DNA of 64,000 bases, taken from the NCBI GenBank assembly GCA_051715345.1, contig JBPXJQ010000040.1, positions 92-64,091 on the forward strand, written 5' to 3'. The DNA comes from Candidatus Blackallbacteria bacterium (GTDB lineage: Bacteria > Cyanobacteriota > Sericytochromatia > UBA7694). Position numbers and translations under genes: made by a program. Below, piece after piece: positions 1 to 9,195 of this stretch. Below the pieces are notes generated by a model. That model ran no database searches. It was not told where the DNA came from and saw only the letters and a program-made list of their open reading frames with translations. How positions within the stretch are numbered: the stretch's first letter is position 1; each line of letters begins with the position of its first letter.

Positions 1-2
1 GG

Positions 3-2534
3 CAGGTAAAGGATTGTGGCGAGCCGTGGGACACGCTTTTGAGCGAGGCCTTGGCCATTCAGCCCGCTCAGCGACCGCGGGAGATTGGGGTATGGTGGGG
101 CAAAAGTTTTGGTGTTGACTCAGCAGGTGGAGGAGAGAAAAAATGTCCTTATTGTGCTGAACTAATCAAGACCGAAGCCATAAAATGTCGGTTTTGTGGA
201 GAGTATTTAAACCTTTCTTCGCAATCAAAAGGTTCAGAGCAGATACGTGATTCAGAAAAAATAAGAGAGCAAACCTATCCGACTTCTGATTTTCAGACGC
301 TTATTGGAATCGACTTTGGCACATCATCCTCAAGAGTGTCTATTTTTAAAAATGGTAAACCCATTATTATCCCAAATCAATTGGGAGAAAAACATACCCC
401 TTCTATGATTGCCTGTACTCCCAGTGGAAAGTGGCTGGTAGGAGAGGCCGCGAAGAAACAAATGATTGAAAACCCCCAAAATACAATTTGGGGAATGAAA
501 CGCTTAATCGGTCGCAATTGGCAAGAAACTAAACAAGAACGAAAATATGCGCCTTATCAAACCATCCATCAAGTTGATAATTCTGTCAATCTTTATCTGA
601 TGGGTCAAAACTATTCTTTAGCAACACTTATAGCCATGTTACTGAGCAAATTAAAGCAAGATGCAGAAGTCTACCTCGGTGCAAAGGTCTCCCAGGCAGT
701 GTTGAGTAAACCAAGCTATTTTGATTATGCTCAATGTTTGGCTCTCCAAGAAGCCTGCAAAATTGCAGGTTTAGAAGTCTTCCGGTTTGTTCATGAAGGC
801 ACGGCAAATGCGTTGGCTTATGGTTTTCATAAAGAAGAAGAGGAAACGATTCTGATTTTTGATTTGGGCGGCGGAACCCTTGACGTTTCCATTCTGGAAC
901 TCGGTGATGGTGTCTTTGAAGTCAAAGCCACCAGTGGGAATAACCACCTCGGTGGGGATGACTTTGACGAGCGGATTATCGACTGGTTGATCGATGAATT
1001 TAAACGCGATCAGGGCGTGGATCTGTCCAAAGACAAAATGGCCCTACAACGTTTAAAAGAAGCCGCAGAAAAAGCCAAAATTGAGCTGTCCTCTGTGTTT
1101 GAAACCGATGTCTATCTGCCGTTTATCACCGTAGGTCAAACCGGCCCAAGACACTTGAATGTCAAATTGACCCGCGCCAAATTTGAAGCTATTGCAGCCG
1201 ACCTGATTGAAGGTACCATGGGGCCCCTGAGGGCAGTCATAGCAGACTCCGGCCTAAATGCCCGCCAGATTGACAAAGTGATTCTGGTCGGGGGATCTAC
1301 CCGTATTCCAGCTGTTCAGAAAGCGATCCGCAAACTCGTCAATAAAGAACCCTTCAAAGGGGTTAATCCCGATGAAGCCGTTGGCATGGGTACAGCCATT
1401 CAAGCAGGTATATTCAGTGGTGAAGTCAAAGACGTGCTCTATCTGGATGTCACCCCACTGAGTCTCGGACTTGAAACCCTCGGCGGTGTATTTACCCGCA
1501 TCATTGAGCGCAACACCACCATTCCGACCAGCAAAAGCCAGATCTTTTCAACGGCCTCAGATGGTCAGACCAGCATTGATGTTCAGGTCTTACAAGGGGA
1601 ATGTGAAAGGGCCTCAGACAACAAAGCCCTGGGCAGCTTAACCTTCGAAAATATCCCTCCCGCTCCGCGTGGGATTCCCCAAATCGAAGTCACCTTTGAC
1701 ATCGATCCCTGGGAGATTGTCCACGTCAAAGCAAAAGACCTAAGCACAGGCTCTGAAAAAAGAATCGTCTTATCATCATTAAACAAAAGTTCATACAAAT
1801 ATATTCCCGTCCCGAATCACTTATCATTAGCAGAATGTGCAATACAACGAGTATTTCAAAACAGCCTGAAAATGGACTTTGTATTGATCGACTCAGGACA
1901 TTTTATAATGGGCAGCCCGGCAATTGAGGCCGGAAGATCAGAAGATGAAACCCAGCACCGTGTGACTTTGACGAATGGTTATTATCTACAAACCACGCCT
2001 GTGACTCAAGGCCAATGGGAGGCACTGATGAGGAACAATCCCAGTCATTTTAAAGGAAAAGATTTGCCTGTTGCGAATGTGAGCTGGAATGATTGCCAGG
2101 ATTTTATTAAGAAACTGAACCAAAAGGGAGAGGGCCAATACCGTTTGCCGACAGAGGCCGAGTGGGAATACGCTTGCCGAGCGGGGAGCCAGAGTGCCTA
2201 TTGTTATGGAGATACTATTGCGACATTGGGCAAGTATGCCTGGTATGTTGGTAATTCAGATGGTCATACGCATCTTGTCGGAGAGAAAAAGTCCAATGCA
2301 TGGGGCCTCTATGATATGCACGGCAATGTCTGGGAGTGGTGCCAAGATTGGTATGGGGCTTATCCTACAGCATCGTTGAAAGACCCGCAAGGCCCTGATA
2401 ATGGCGATACCCGCGTTCATCGCGGCGGTAGCTGGGGCGATGTAGCTCACCACTGTCGCTCTGCGTATCGCGGAAGGTGCCACCCTGAGTACGGTCACTA
2501 CGGCCTGGGGTTTCGTCTTCTCAGGTCATTGTAA
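3..2534 (+). CDS. 5'-partial multidomain protein: end of probable Ser/Thr kinase domain, Zn ribbon, Hsp70/DnaK-like domain (no lid), FGE-sulfatase (SUMF1) domain
   Basis: Frame is open from position 3, upstream of the TTG at 39. Zn ribbon [20 protein letters not shown]; Hsp70 motifs [31 protein letters not shown]; FGE motifs [40 protein letters not shown]. Confidence 0.85.
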   Translation, partial: QVKDCGEPWDTLLSEALAIQPAQRPREIGVWWGKSFGVDSAGGGEKKCPYCAELIKTEAIKCRFCGEYLNLSSQSKGSEQIRDSEKIREQTYPTSDFQTLIGIDFGTSSSRVSIFKNGKPIIIPNQLGEKHTPSMIACTPSGKWLVGEAAKKQMIENPQNTIWGMKRLIGRNWQETKQERKYAPYQTIHQVDNSVNLYLMGQNYSLATLIAMLLSKLKQDAEVYLGAKVSQAVLSKPSYFDYAQCLALQEACKIAGLEVFRFVHEGTANALAYGFHKEEEETILIFDLGGGTLDVSILELGDGVFEVKATSGNNHLGGDDFDERIIDWLIDEFKRDQGVDLSKDKMALQRLKEAAEKAKIELSSVFETDVYLPFITVGQTGPRHLNVKLTRAKFEAIAADLIEGTMGPLRAVIADSGLNARQIDKVILVGGSTRIPAVQKAIRKLVNKEPFKGVNPDEAVGMGTAIQAGIFSGEVKDVLYLDVTPLSLGLETLGGVFTRIIERNTTIPTSKSQIFSTASDGQTSIDVQVLQGECERASDNKALGSLTFENIPPAPRGIPQIEVTFDIDPWEIVHVKAKDLSTGSEKRIVLSSLNKSSYKYIPVPNHLSLAECAIQRVFQNSLKMDFVLIDSGHFIMGSPAIEAGRSEDETQHRVTLTNGYYLQTTPVTQGQWEALMRNNPSHFKGKDLPVANVSWNDCQDFIKKLNQKGEGQYRLPTEAEWEYACRAGSQSAYCYGDTIATLGKYAWYVGNSDGHTHLVGEKKSNAWGLYDMHGNVWEWCQDWYGAYPTASLKDPQGPDNGDTRVHRGGSWGDVAHHCRSAYRGRCHPEYGHYGLGFRLLRSL

Positions 2535-2567
2535 CGCTATGCTCTGGTTGGTGAGCTTGGCGGGTCC

Positions 2568-3251
2568 TTACCCATTTTCAACCGAAGAGGGACTGGTTTT
2601 GATTTTGGAGTTTCTAATGACCATTTCTTCCAAGGTCGCTGCCCCTCTCCGTTCTTGAAGACCGCTTAAAGAAATTGCCCCCCTTTTCATTTGAATCGAA
2701 AAACCTTTGCCTTGGTTGGCATAGGCTTGTTCAAGTAAAATGGGTGTGTAGCGATTACTGAGACAGTGAATTTGTTGATTACTTGAGCCACGCCAGGGCA
2801 ATGTGTCATCGTACAGAGCCGAAATAAAGGGACCATCAACCAACAGATCGGTAAGGCTCAACATGGCCATGACTTCTGGTTTATTTTGCTTTTTAAGATA
2901 TTTAAGGGTATAGCCTGTATAAACCATGCTGGATAACCCCAGGTCAAGCACAGTCTCCAAAAGAGGTAGTAAGGCTTCTGCCTGTTCTGTGGGTTCTCCT
3001 CCCAGAATACTGATGCCTTCAACAGGCTCTGAAGCCAAATGAACGATTTGTCGCAAGCGATTTTCAATTTCTTCGGTTGTATAGGTATAACCGCCTTCTG
3101 TATCCAAAAAATGTGGGTTAAGACAGGTTTCTGTACAGCGTAAGCGGCATCCCTGTGTCCAAAGACCAATACGCCATCCCGGCCCATTGTGCAAGGTGGC
3201 TCGCAAACTTTCAAGCGGATGACCCAGTTTTAGAAGGAGATGCGCTGACAC
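2568..3251 (-). CDS. NrdG-like radical SAM protein (4Fe-4S single cluster domain)
   Basis: NGPGWRIGLWTQGCRLRCTETCLNP, GISILGGEP, YTGY, DLLVDGPF, WRGSSNQ. Confidence 0.85.
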   Translation of the reverse strand: MSAHLLLKLGHPLESLRATLHNGPGWRIGLWTQGCRLRCTETCLNPHFLDTEGGYTYTTEEIENRLRQIVHLASEPVEGISILGGEPTEQAEALLPLLETVLDLGLSSMVYTGYTLKYLKKQNKPEVMAMLSLTDLLVDGPFISALYDDTLPWRGSSNQQIHCLSNRYTPILLEQAYANQGKGFSIQMKRGAISLSGLQERRGAATLEEMVIRNSKIKTSPSSVENG

Positions 3252-3257
3252 GGTGAT

Positions 3258-5057
3258 TTAACCCAACCCTAATTGGGAATAGGCTGCTATCCCCGTTTCA
3301 ATATCAACCCCTTCAATGGTCATGAGTTTCTCATTACTCATCTGCTCCACATTGCTTTTGGCCAGTCGGGATTTATACGCGCTTTCTGTTTTTTCAAAGA
3401 ATTGCCGCACATTTCTGCCGTTGCCAAAATTGTCTCCTTTTGTTTCGTGCATCCTCTGCAAAAATGTTTGGGCTTTGTGTTGGGCCTCATCTGTCATGTG
3501 ATATCTCTTTTGAACCATGGAAACAAAGATCTCAAAGAGCTCCTCATCATCATAGTCTTCAAAATCGATATATTCTGTAAAACGGCTTTGAAGACCCGGA
3601 TTGGCGTTGATAAAGGTTTTCATTTCCAGTTTATATCCGGCCACAATGCAGATGAACTTGCCATGATCATCTTCTAAACGTTTCAGCAAAGCATTGATCG
3701 CTTCCATCCCAAAAGCATCATTTTCTCCCTGAATTAGATCATAGGCTTCGTCAATAAATAGAACGCCCCCCATGGCTGAGTCGATCACCCCATGAGTTTT
3801 TGGAGCTGTATGCCCTACATACGCGCCCACCAACCCAGAACGCCCCACTTCCACCAGCTTGTTTTCGGGCAGAACACCCATTGTTTTAAAAATATTGGCC
3901 ATTAATCGGGCCACCGTGGTTTTACCTGTCCCCGGATTACCTGTAAAAACATAATGAATTCCTGAATCCGGATTGGCTTTCATGCCATCGAGCAATTGAT
4001 TGACTTGCTGCTTAACACCTTTGAGACCAATCAGCTGATTAAGTGTTGACAGGGCTTCTTCGATTCCATTTTTTTCAGTTGTAATTTCTATCTTTGGAGA
4101 ATCATTTTTTTTATTATCAGAATTTTTTTTAAAGAATATATCCATTAGAGGTTTTTTTTGACCTTCTTTTTCATTTGAATATACATTATTCTTGATTTGC
4201 TGTTGAGAATTGGTTTGCATTTTAATGTCGTTAAATGAATCAGAGGGAATATAGCTCCATAGAATTAGGGTTTGATTGTCCGTTTCCCCATTTTTCACAT
4301 ATGTTTCCATTATTTTGTCAGCTATTTCATTATCTGAATGGCATGTTTTGAATATCTCTTCTATTTGGAATTCCCTTAAATTACCGATCACGCCGTCACT
4401 ACACATCAAAAGTTTATCTTGAGGTTGCAGTTCGCATTGAAAGAAGATCTTATCATCACTTGGAATCGGTTTATCCATCCCCACATAAAACTCCAAAGTA
4501 CTTTTACCTTCATGAAAATAGTACATTTCAGGCGATATCACGCCAGACCGTACTAATGCCCCCGCAACGGTATGTTCTTTGGTCACAAGCTCAAGTTTTT
4601 GAATTGCATGATGATAGATATAAACTGGGCTGTCACCTAAGTAAATGCCATATATTTTATTTCCATCAATTAATACGATGTCCAACGTGCTGCCACATTT
4701 TCCCCAATTATTGTTTGCAGCCATTTTTGCGACAAATTGATTACTCAGATCCAATGCTTCGCGCAAGGTCCCTAAAACGAGATTTGAATCAAATGGAGTA
4801 GGAGCGTCAACCCTATTCAGTACTCTTTTTAAGACAAAATTATCAAAGCACTTGTTAGCTGTTTTTACCAAGGCCTGTTGACTGGCCAGCTCTCCATGTT
4901 CGTGCCCTCCCATGCCATCGGCCAAAGCGAATAGTATGACAGACCGTTCACACCAAGCCGGCATAAACTCAAAGCCCATGACACTATCTTCATTATTCTC
5001 TCGACCATTGACAACGGAGCGCACAACCCATCGACTAAACTGGTTGGATTCTGCCAT
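3258..5057 (-). CDS. PP2C Ser/Thr phosphatase fused to SpoVK/CbxX-type AAA+ ATPase
   Basis: PP2C motifs ADGMGG, LGDS, CSDG, DNQT; AAA motifs LIGLKGVK, GNPGTGKTT, LFIDEAY, NPGLQSRF, FGNGRNVR. Confidence 0.9.
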   Translation of the reverse strand: MAESNQFSRWVVRSVVNGRENNEDSVMGFEFMPAWCERSVILFALADGMGGHEHGELASQQALVKTANKCFDNFVLKRVLNRVDAPTPFDSNLVLGTLREALDLSNQFVAKMAANNNWGKCGSTLDIVLIDGNKIYGIYLGDSPVYIYHHAIQKLELVTKEHTVAGALVRSGVISPEMYYFHEGKSTLEFYVGMDKPIPSDDKIFFQCELQPQDKLLMCSDGVIGNLREFQIEEIFKTCHSDNEIADKIMETYVKNGETDNQTLILWSYIPSDSFNDIKMQTNSQQQIKNNVYSNEKEGQKKPLMDIFFKKNSDNKKNDSPKIEITTEKNGIEEALSTLNQLIGLKGVKQQVNQLLDGMKANPDSGIHYVFTGNPGTGKTTVARLMANIFKTMGVLPENKLVEVGRSGLVGAYVGHTAPKTHGVIDSAMGGVLFIDEAYDLIQGENDAFGMEAINALLKRLEDDHGKFICIVAGYKLEMKTFINANPGLQSRFTEYIDFEDYDDEELFEIFVSMVQKRYHMTDEAQHKAQTFLQRMHETKGDNFGNGRNVRQFFEKTESAYKSRLAKSNVEQMSNEKLMTIEGVDIETGIAAYSQLGLG

Positions 5058-5095
5058 ATTCTCACCTTTAATAATTTCTCTCTTTAAAAAAATAA

Positions 5096-5911
5096 CTAAT
5101 GGGTGCCTGCACTGATCGTTTTACCCAACGACATCAGAACTTTTTCAAAATTATCTGACCGCTTACTAAAATCATCACCCTTTCCGAGGTCGAAAACCAT
5201 ACCACTGCCAACTTCCTGGGTGAGGCGAAGATAAACATTGGCCCAGGGTTCCGAAGGGCGTGTGACAGCATAGAATTGTGTCAGTCCGACACTCTTTATT
5301 GCTGCAATAACTTCATCGATGGATTTTGTTTCACGATCGGGAATATGAGGAGGGGCATCCGTGATAAGAACAACACAGCGATTTTTTTCTTGGAAAGGCT
5401 GTTTTAATGCAAGCATTATGGCATCTAGACTGCTTTCTCTTTCATCATCCCGGGTAAATTTATCACGACCACCTTCAGCTTTGAGGCAACTGGCTATATT
5501 TCTAAAAATTTCAGGCTGATTGGTAAAAACCTCTCCATTAAAGCGATGCAAAATATGTTCCTGATTCACGGTTCGATCTCTGAACTCTACCAACCCAACA
5601 CGTGCCCGAACTTTTGCTTTTTCAATCGAGTTGACAAAGTTGACGATCGAGTTTTTAATTGCTTCAATTTCCCCACCCATACTGCCTGTGCAGTCCAGGA
5701 CAAACATGATATCCACCCGACGTCCTTTTTCAATGTCTCCCATCATCTCCGTAAGAGCACCCAGGTCTATATCTTTTTTTCCCCGTTCCGATTTAGTCGC
5801 AGGTGGGGTATTTAAGTTTGGCTTGGGAGTCGAACTTAATGAACTCCCACATGAAGAACAAATAGGGGTACCGTCCTCTTCCAGTTGAGAACAATTTGGA
5901 CACTCTAACAT
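5096..5911 (-). CDS. Zn ribbon plus vWA domain protein
   Basis: CPNC...CSSC N-terminus; MIDAS-type DIMFVLDCTGSM, VGLVEFRD, VVLITDAPPH. Confidence 0.85.
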   Translation of the reverse strand: MLECPNCSQLEEDGTPICSSCGSSLSSTPKPNLNTPPATKSERGKKDIDLGALTEMMGDIEKGRRVDIMFVLDCTGSMGGEIEAIKNSIVNFVNSIEKAKVRARVGLVEFRDRTVNQEHILHRFNGEVFTNQPEIFRNIASCLKAEGGRDKFTRDDERESSLDAIMLALKQPFQEKNRCVVLITDAPPHIPDRETKSIDEVIAAIKSVGLTQFYAVTRPSEPWANVYLRLTQEVGSGMVFDLGKGDDFSKRSDNFEKVLMSLGKTISAGTH

Positions 5912-6005
5912 ACTGCAGACTCATCCTTTACATCTTGTATTATTTTTTTAAGAGAACAAATCGCAAATAAATATCTGACCTTTACCCGTTTCAGAGGACA
6001 CACAG

Positions 6006-6857
6006 TTAAGCAACTTTTCGCTGCTCGAACTGCTCTGGGCTGAGATAGCCCAAAGTTGAATGAAGTCTTTGCCGATTGTAAAAAACCTCAATATACTCGA
6101 AAATTGTGCTGGAGGCCTCTTTCCGAGACTCAAACACTCTATCACAACATTCCAGTTTTAGAGTGCCAAAAAACGACTCAGAACACGCATTGTCATAACA
6201 ATTCCCCTTTCTGCTCATACTTTGAGCCATTCCATAGCCCTTCAAATGCTCTTGAAACGATTGCGAAGCATATTGTGAACCACGATCTGAATGAAACAAC
6301 AGCCCCGGCTCTATACTTCTGCGTTGCAGAGCCATATCCATAGCGCTTGTGACCAGCTCTGTTTCCATTGTTTGAGACATACTCCAACCAACCACTTTTC
6401 GAGAACTCAAATCCAGTACAATAGCCAAATAAAGCCAGCCTTCACGAGTTGGAATGTACGTTATATCTCCAGCCCAGACACGGTTCATGTCCATAACTTG
6501 AAACTGGCGGTTCAAGAGATTTTCAGCCACTGGCCGTGAATGGTTTGAATCTGTTGTGCTTACTCGCTTTCGCTTCAATTTTGCTCTGAGATTGTTCTCT
6601 CGCATAATCCGAGCCACTCGATTGTGCCCCACAAAGTAGCCTTGTTGCCGCAAACTGGCTGTAATACGAGGGCTTCCGTAGCATTTACGGCCTTGGTCAT
6701 AGATTTCTTTTACCTTGGTCAGCAAAAACGAATTTTCCTGAACGCGTTTGCCAGGTAAACGTTTTAAATGACGGTAAAAGCCACTCTTACTAACTTCTAG
6801 CAATTCTGTCATGCGTTGCACCTTAAATTGCTTGGTATGGTCTGAAATCCACTTCAT
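6006..6857 (-). CDS. IS3-family transposase OrfB (DDE integrase core)
   Basis: YGSPRI, WAGDITYI, LDLSSRKVVGW, FHSDRGSQY, GNCYDNACSESFF, YNRQRLHSTLGYLSP. Confidence 0.95.
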   Translation of the reverse strand: MKWISDHTKQFKVQRMTELLEVSKSGFYRHLKRLPGKRVQENSFLLTKVKEIYDQGRKCYGSPRITASLRQQGYFVGHNRVARIMRENNLRAKLKRKRVSTTDSNHSRPVAENLLNRQFQVMDMNRVWAGDITYIPTREGWLYLAIVLDLSSRKVVGWSMSQTMETELVTSAMDMALQRRSIEPGLLFHSDRGSQYASQSFQEHLKGYGMAQSMSRKGNCYDNACSESFFGTLKLECCDRVFESRKEASSTIFEYIEVFYNRQRLHSTLGYLSPEQFEQRKVA

Positions 6858-7196
6858 ACGTACTTGTGATTCTTCTGGGAGAAGATCTCTAAGGCTTTTT
6901 TTGCCTCAGTTGTTGGCGACAGAGGAGCCTTACAACTGTGGACCGCATAGCGCTATTTCCCTATCCTCCTTAAGGTTGGCGTTTTCTCGGCGCAACCGGG
7001 CCAATTCAGCTTCTTGGGCGGTCATATTGCCATTGCCTCTAAAAGCCTCTTCTCCAGATTGTTTCTGCTCTTGGCGCCATCGGTATACCATGTTTGATGG
7101 AATCCCAAGACTTCTTGCGGCCTGGGCACCACCCACTTGCTCTGCAAGGGCCAAGGCTTCCAGTTTAAATTCTTTACTGTATTTTTTATTTGCCAT
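6854..7196 (-). pseudogene. IS3 OrfA, disrupted by a 49-bp insertion (premature stop at 6930)
   Basis: KYSKEFKLEAL HTH and ELARLRRENANLKEDREI zipper. The expected tail KKALEIFSQKNHKYV* resumes out of frame after the insert. Confidence 0.8.
6903..6951. repeat. 49-bp hairpin repeat element, copy inside IS3
   Basis: GCCT-CAGTT-GTTGGCG-ACAGAGGAG-CCTTAC-AACTG-TGGACCGCATAGC; matches copies at 26694-26858. Confidence 0.8.
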
Positions 7197-7265
7197 GTTT
7201 TCTTTACCTTCTGTTTTAAGTGTAAACCTCTCTTCTCAGGTGTCCACTTTTTTAGGTAAAGGTCA

Positions 7266-7691
7266 GTATGGCATTGACCCGATGCATGTCCCAAACGGCC
7301 TGTAACAGTTGGCGAAAGATTTCTTTCTTTTGTTCATTGTTTATTACTTTGGATTCAATTTGCGATTCGAGGTTACTGCCCTCAATATATTCCATTAAAA
7401 CCAGATAAATCTGTTCCGTCCAGCGATTAAATCCGAGAGTCTTTGCGATATGGTCTGAGGGAATTTTGAGTGTTGCTTCTCTTTCTACCCGTTGGGCCAA
7501 ATTGCCCAAATCCCCTTTCCCGCTCAAATTAATGCATTTTAGAGCGTATTTACATTTGAATGGGTATTTTCTGCCAGCCAAACCGAACCAAAAGCGCCAT
7601 TACCTAAACACTCACCCAATCGAACTTCTTTTACTGGATGGATATCGACAGGGATAAGTCCACCCTTAAAAAGATTTAGCGTTTTAGACAT
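7266..7691 (-). pseudogene. Ser/Thr protein kinase, frameshifted near 7550 and truncated by IS3
   Basis: ATG at 7691 gives ...LGNGAFGSVWLAENTHSN (Gly loop), then a stop at 7539-7541. Another frame continues KYALK...EREA...LVLMEYIEG...QLLQAVWDMHRVNAI and ends at the IS just before the HRD motif. Confidence 0.88.
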
Positions 7692-8505
7692 TCAATACCG
7701 CCTTTTATATTTTTCAGAAAACAGATCATCGTTATTGTCGTATATCGTTGAAATTAAGCTCTATGCTTACGGGTTTAGGGTATTAATGTGATTAGCAAAG
7801 GCAGAAGTGGCAAGGCCTCCTGGAAAGGATGTATGGTTGATTTGTTCAGACACAGCCCTCCCGATCCCAAAGGAGGTTTGAGAACAAGTTACCATGCAAC
7901 CACTCACCTGCCTACCCCCTTTTTGCAGAATGGCCCTTGTAGGACTTCGTTCGCAGTTCAAATGAGACCATTTACCGATCTTTTCCTGGCTCTTGGTCTT
8001 GCAAATAAAAAATTTTGGCCCCGGCAATCTCAGTACACTCAGCCGTAAGATAAATGTCATCAGCTATGATCAAATGCCTCATTCATTGGCTGAACACCAC
8101 TATAAAGAACTTGATATCGATTTTATACCAGATACCAACAAAGCTCCTTCAATCAAGCCTGTGACAATCGGAAAACCTTCAGAATTTTGTCTTGAGAACA
8201 CACATCAAGGTTTTTGATTCCCTATACTTTGGCTGTGTTTTGTCTGTGGACAATGAGATAACGGTGCGCTGTTGCCCACTGAGCAGGTGGAGATGAATAT
8301 CAACACAGCCTTTCGCCCCCAAAAGCAGTTTTTACTAACCCTCTCTACTGGCAGGACACGGCCAACCAGGTGATCTGGGTCAAGATGCGCACCCCCCTGA
8401 CACAACAGGCATTGCCAGTTGGCACCCCGCCCAATGACGAGGTGCTGTATCAGCCCTACCGGCTATTTATCGAAGGCTAGTTCAGGCTTGGCAGCGGAGA
8501 GTGAG

Positions 8506-9054
8506 TTAGGCTCCCGCTGCCAAGCCGAGCATGACTGCCAAAGCGGCAAAAGCCATGGCCAGACCAAAGATAATCGTAAAATAAACAACCATCATCACCA
8601 CAATCGTGATCACGGTCTGAAAATTGGAGATGTCCAGCCCTTGGCGCACGGCAATAAAATAGGTGCAAAGCGACCAAATGCCACCAATCAAGCCAGCAAT
8701 GGCACCCACGCCAGGAATAAAAGCCAAAACCCCCAAAGCCATGGGAGCTTGGGCAAAGCCGAGCACCCGCAGCATTTCTTGATGGGTGGCTTCGGCCTGG
8801 CCTTTAAACAGACTGGTACCTACTTTGTAGGTGACCCAAGCCCCAACCCACCAGCCAATCAAAGCACCCACAAGTGAGGCACCGGCCCCAGCGATCCCGC
8901 CGCCTTGACCCGAGCTTAATCCCGTCCCAATGGCACCCAAAACAGCGACCACGCCGACGACGGCCATGGCCTGGCTCATAGCAGACTCATCGTGTTCAAT
9001 CTCCTCATAGGTGGGGATATCCAATTTGAGGATCCCGATCAGACGTTGCATCAT
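8506..9054 (-). CDS. YIP1-family membrane protein
   Basis: YEEIEHDESAMSQA, LRVLGFAQAP, AVRQGLD; about five hydrophobic segments. Confidence 0.75.
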   Translation of the reverse strand: MMQRLIGILKLDIPTYEEIEHDESAMSQAMAVVGVVAVLGAIGTGLSSGQGGGIAGAGASLVGALIGWWVGAWVTYKVGTSLFKGQAEATHQEMLRVLGFAQAPMALGVLAFIPGVGAIAGLIGGIWSLCTYFIAVRQGLDISNFQTVITIVVMMVVYFTIIFGLAMAFAALAVMLGLAAGA

Positions 9055-9143
9055 GGCTCAAAACTCCTTGTATTTTTGCTCAAGTATAGCTGCTGCCCAT
9101 TCAGAAGTCGGTGCAGTTTGTCGCAATTGAAAACCTTTCAGGC

Positions 9144-9176
9144 TTGACCCTCCCCTTACGTGATAGTTTATCTATT
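9144..9176 (+). promoter_or_regulatory. MerR (Mta/TipA)-type promoter/operator with long spacer
   Basis: TTGACC-CTCCCCTTACGTGATAGTT (19 bp)-TATCTA directly upstream of a MerR/TipAS gene; resembles the mta-type promoter layout from memory. Confidence 0.5.
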
Positions 9177-9195
9177 AAAGACATGGAGGTGAGCC

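Larger units (their letters stand above)
5976..7265 (-). mobile_element. IS3-family insertion sequence, 1290 bp
   Basis: Imperfect terminal inverted repeats TGACCTTTACCCGTTTCAGAGGACAC (from 5976) and TGACCTTTACCTAAAAAAGTGGACAC (minus strand from 7265); orfA/orfB layout; A7G slippery site at 6895-6902. No target duplication seen. Confidence 0.92.

Noticed and set aside
39-2534. Housekeeping dnaK
   Set aside because: Fused to extra domains, lacks the lid, degenerate first lobe, no grpE or dnaJ adjacent in the window.
2568-3251. True nrdG
   Set aside because: No nrdD nearby, atypical Cys spacing, and signalling-operon context.
7700-8500. Short overlapping ORFs (7767-8060, 7788-8048, 7993-8217, 8205-8405)
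   Set aside because: No recognisable motif or consistent start; possibly a decayed gene at the islet boundary, but unsupported.
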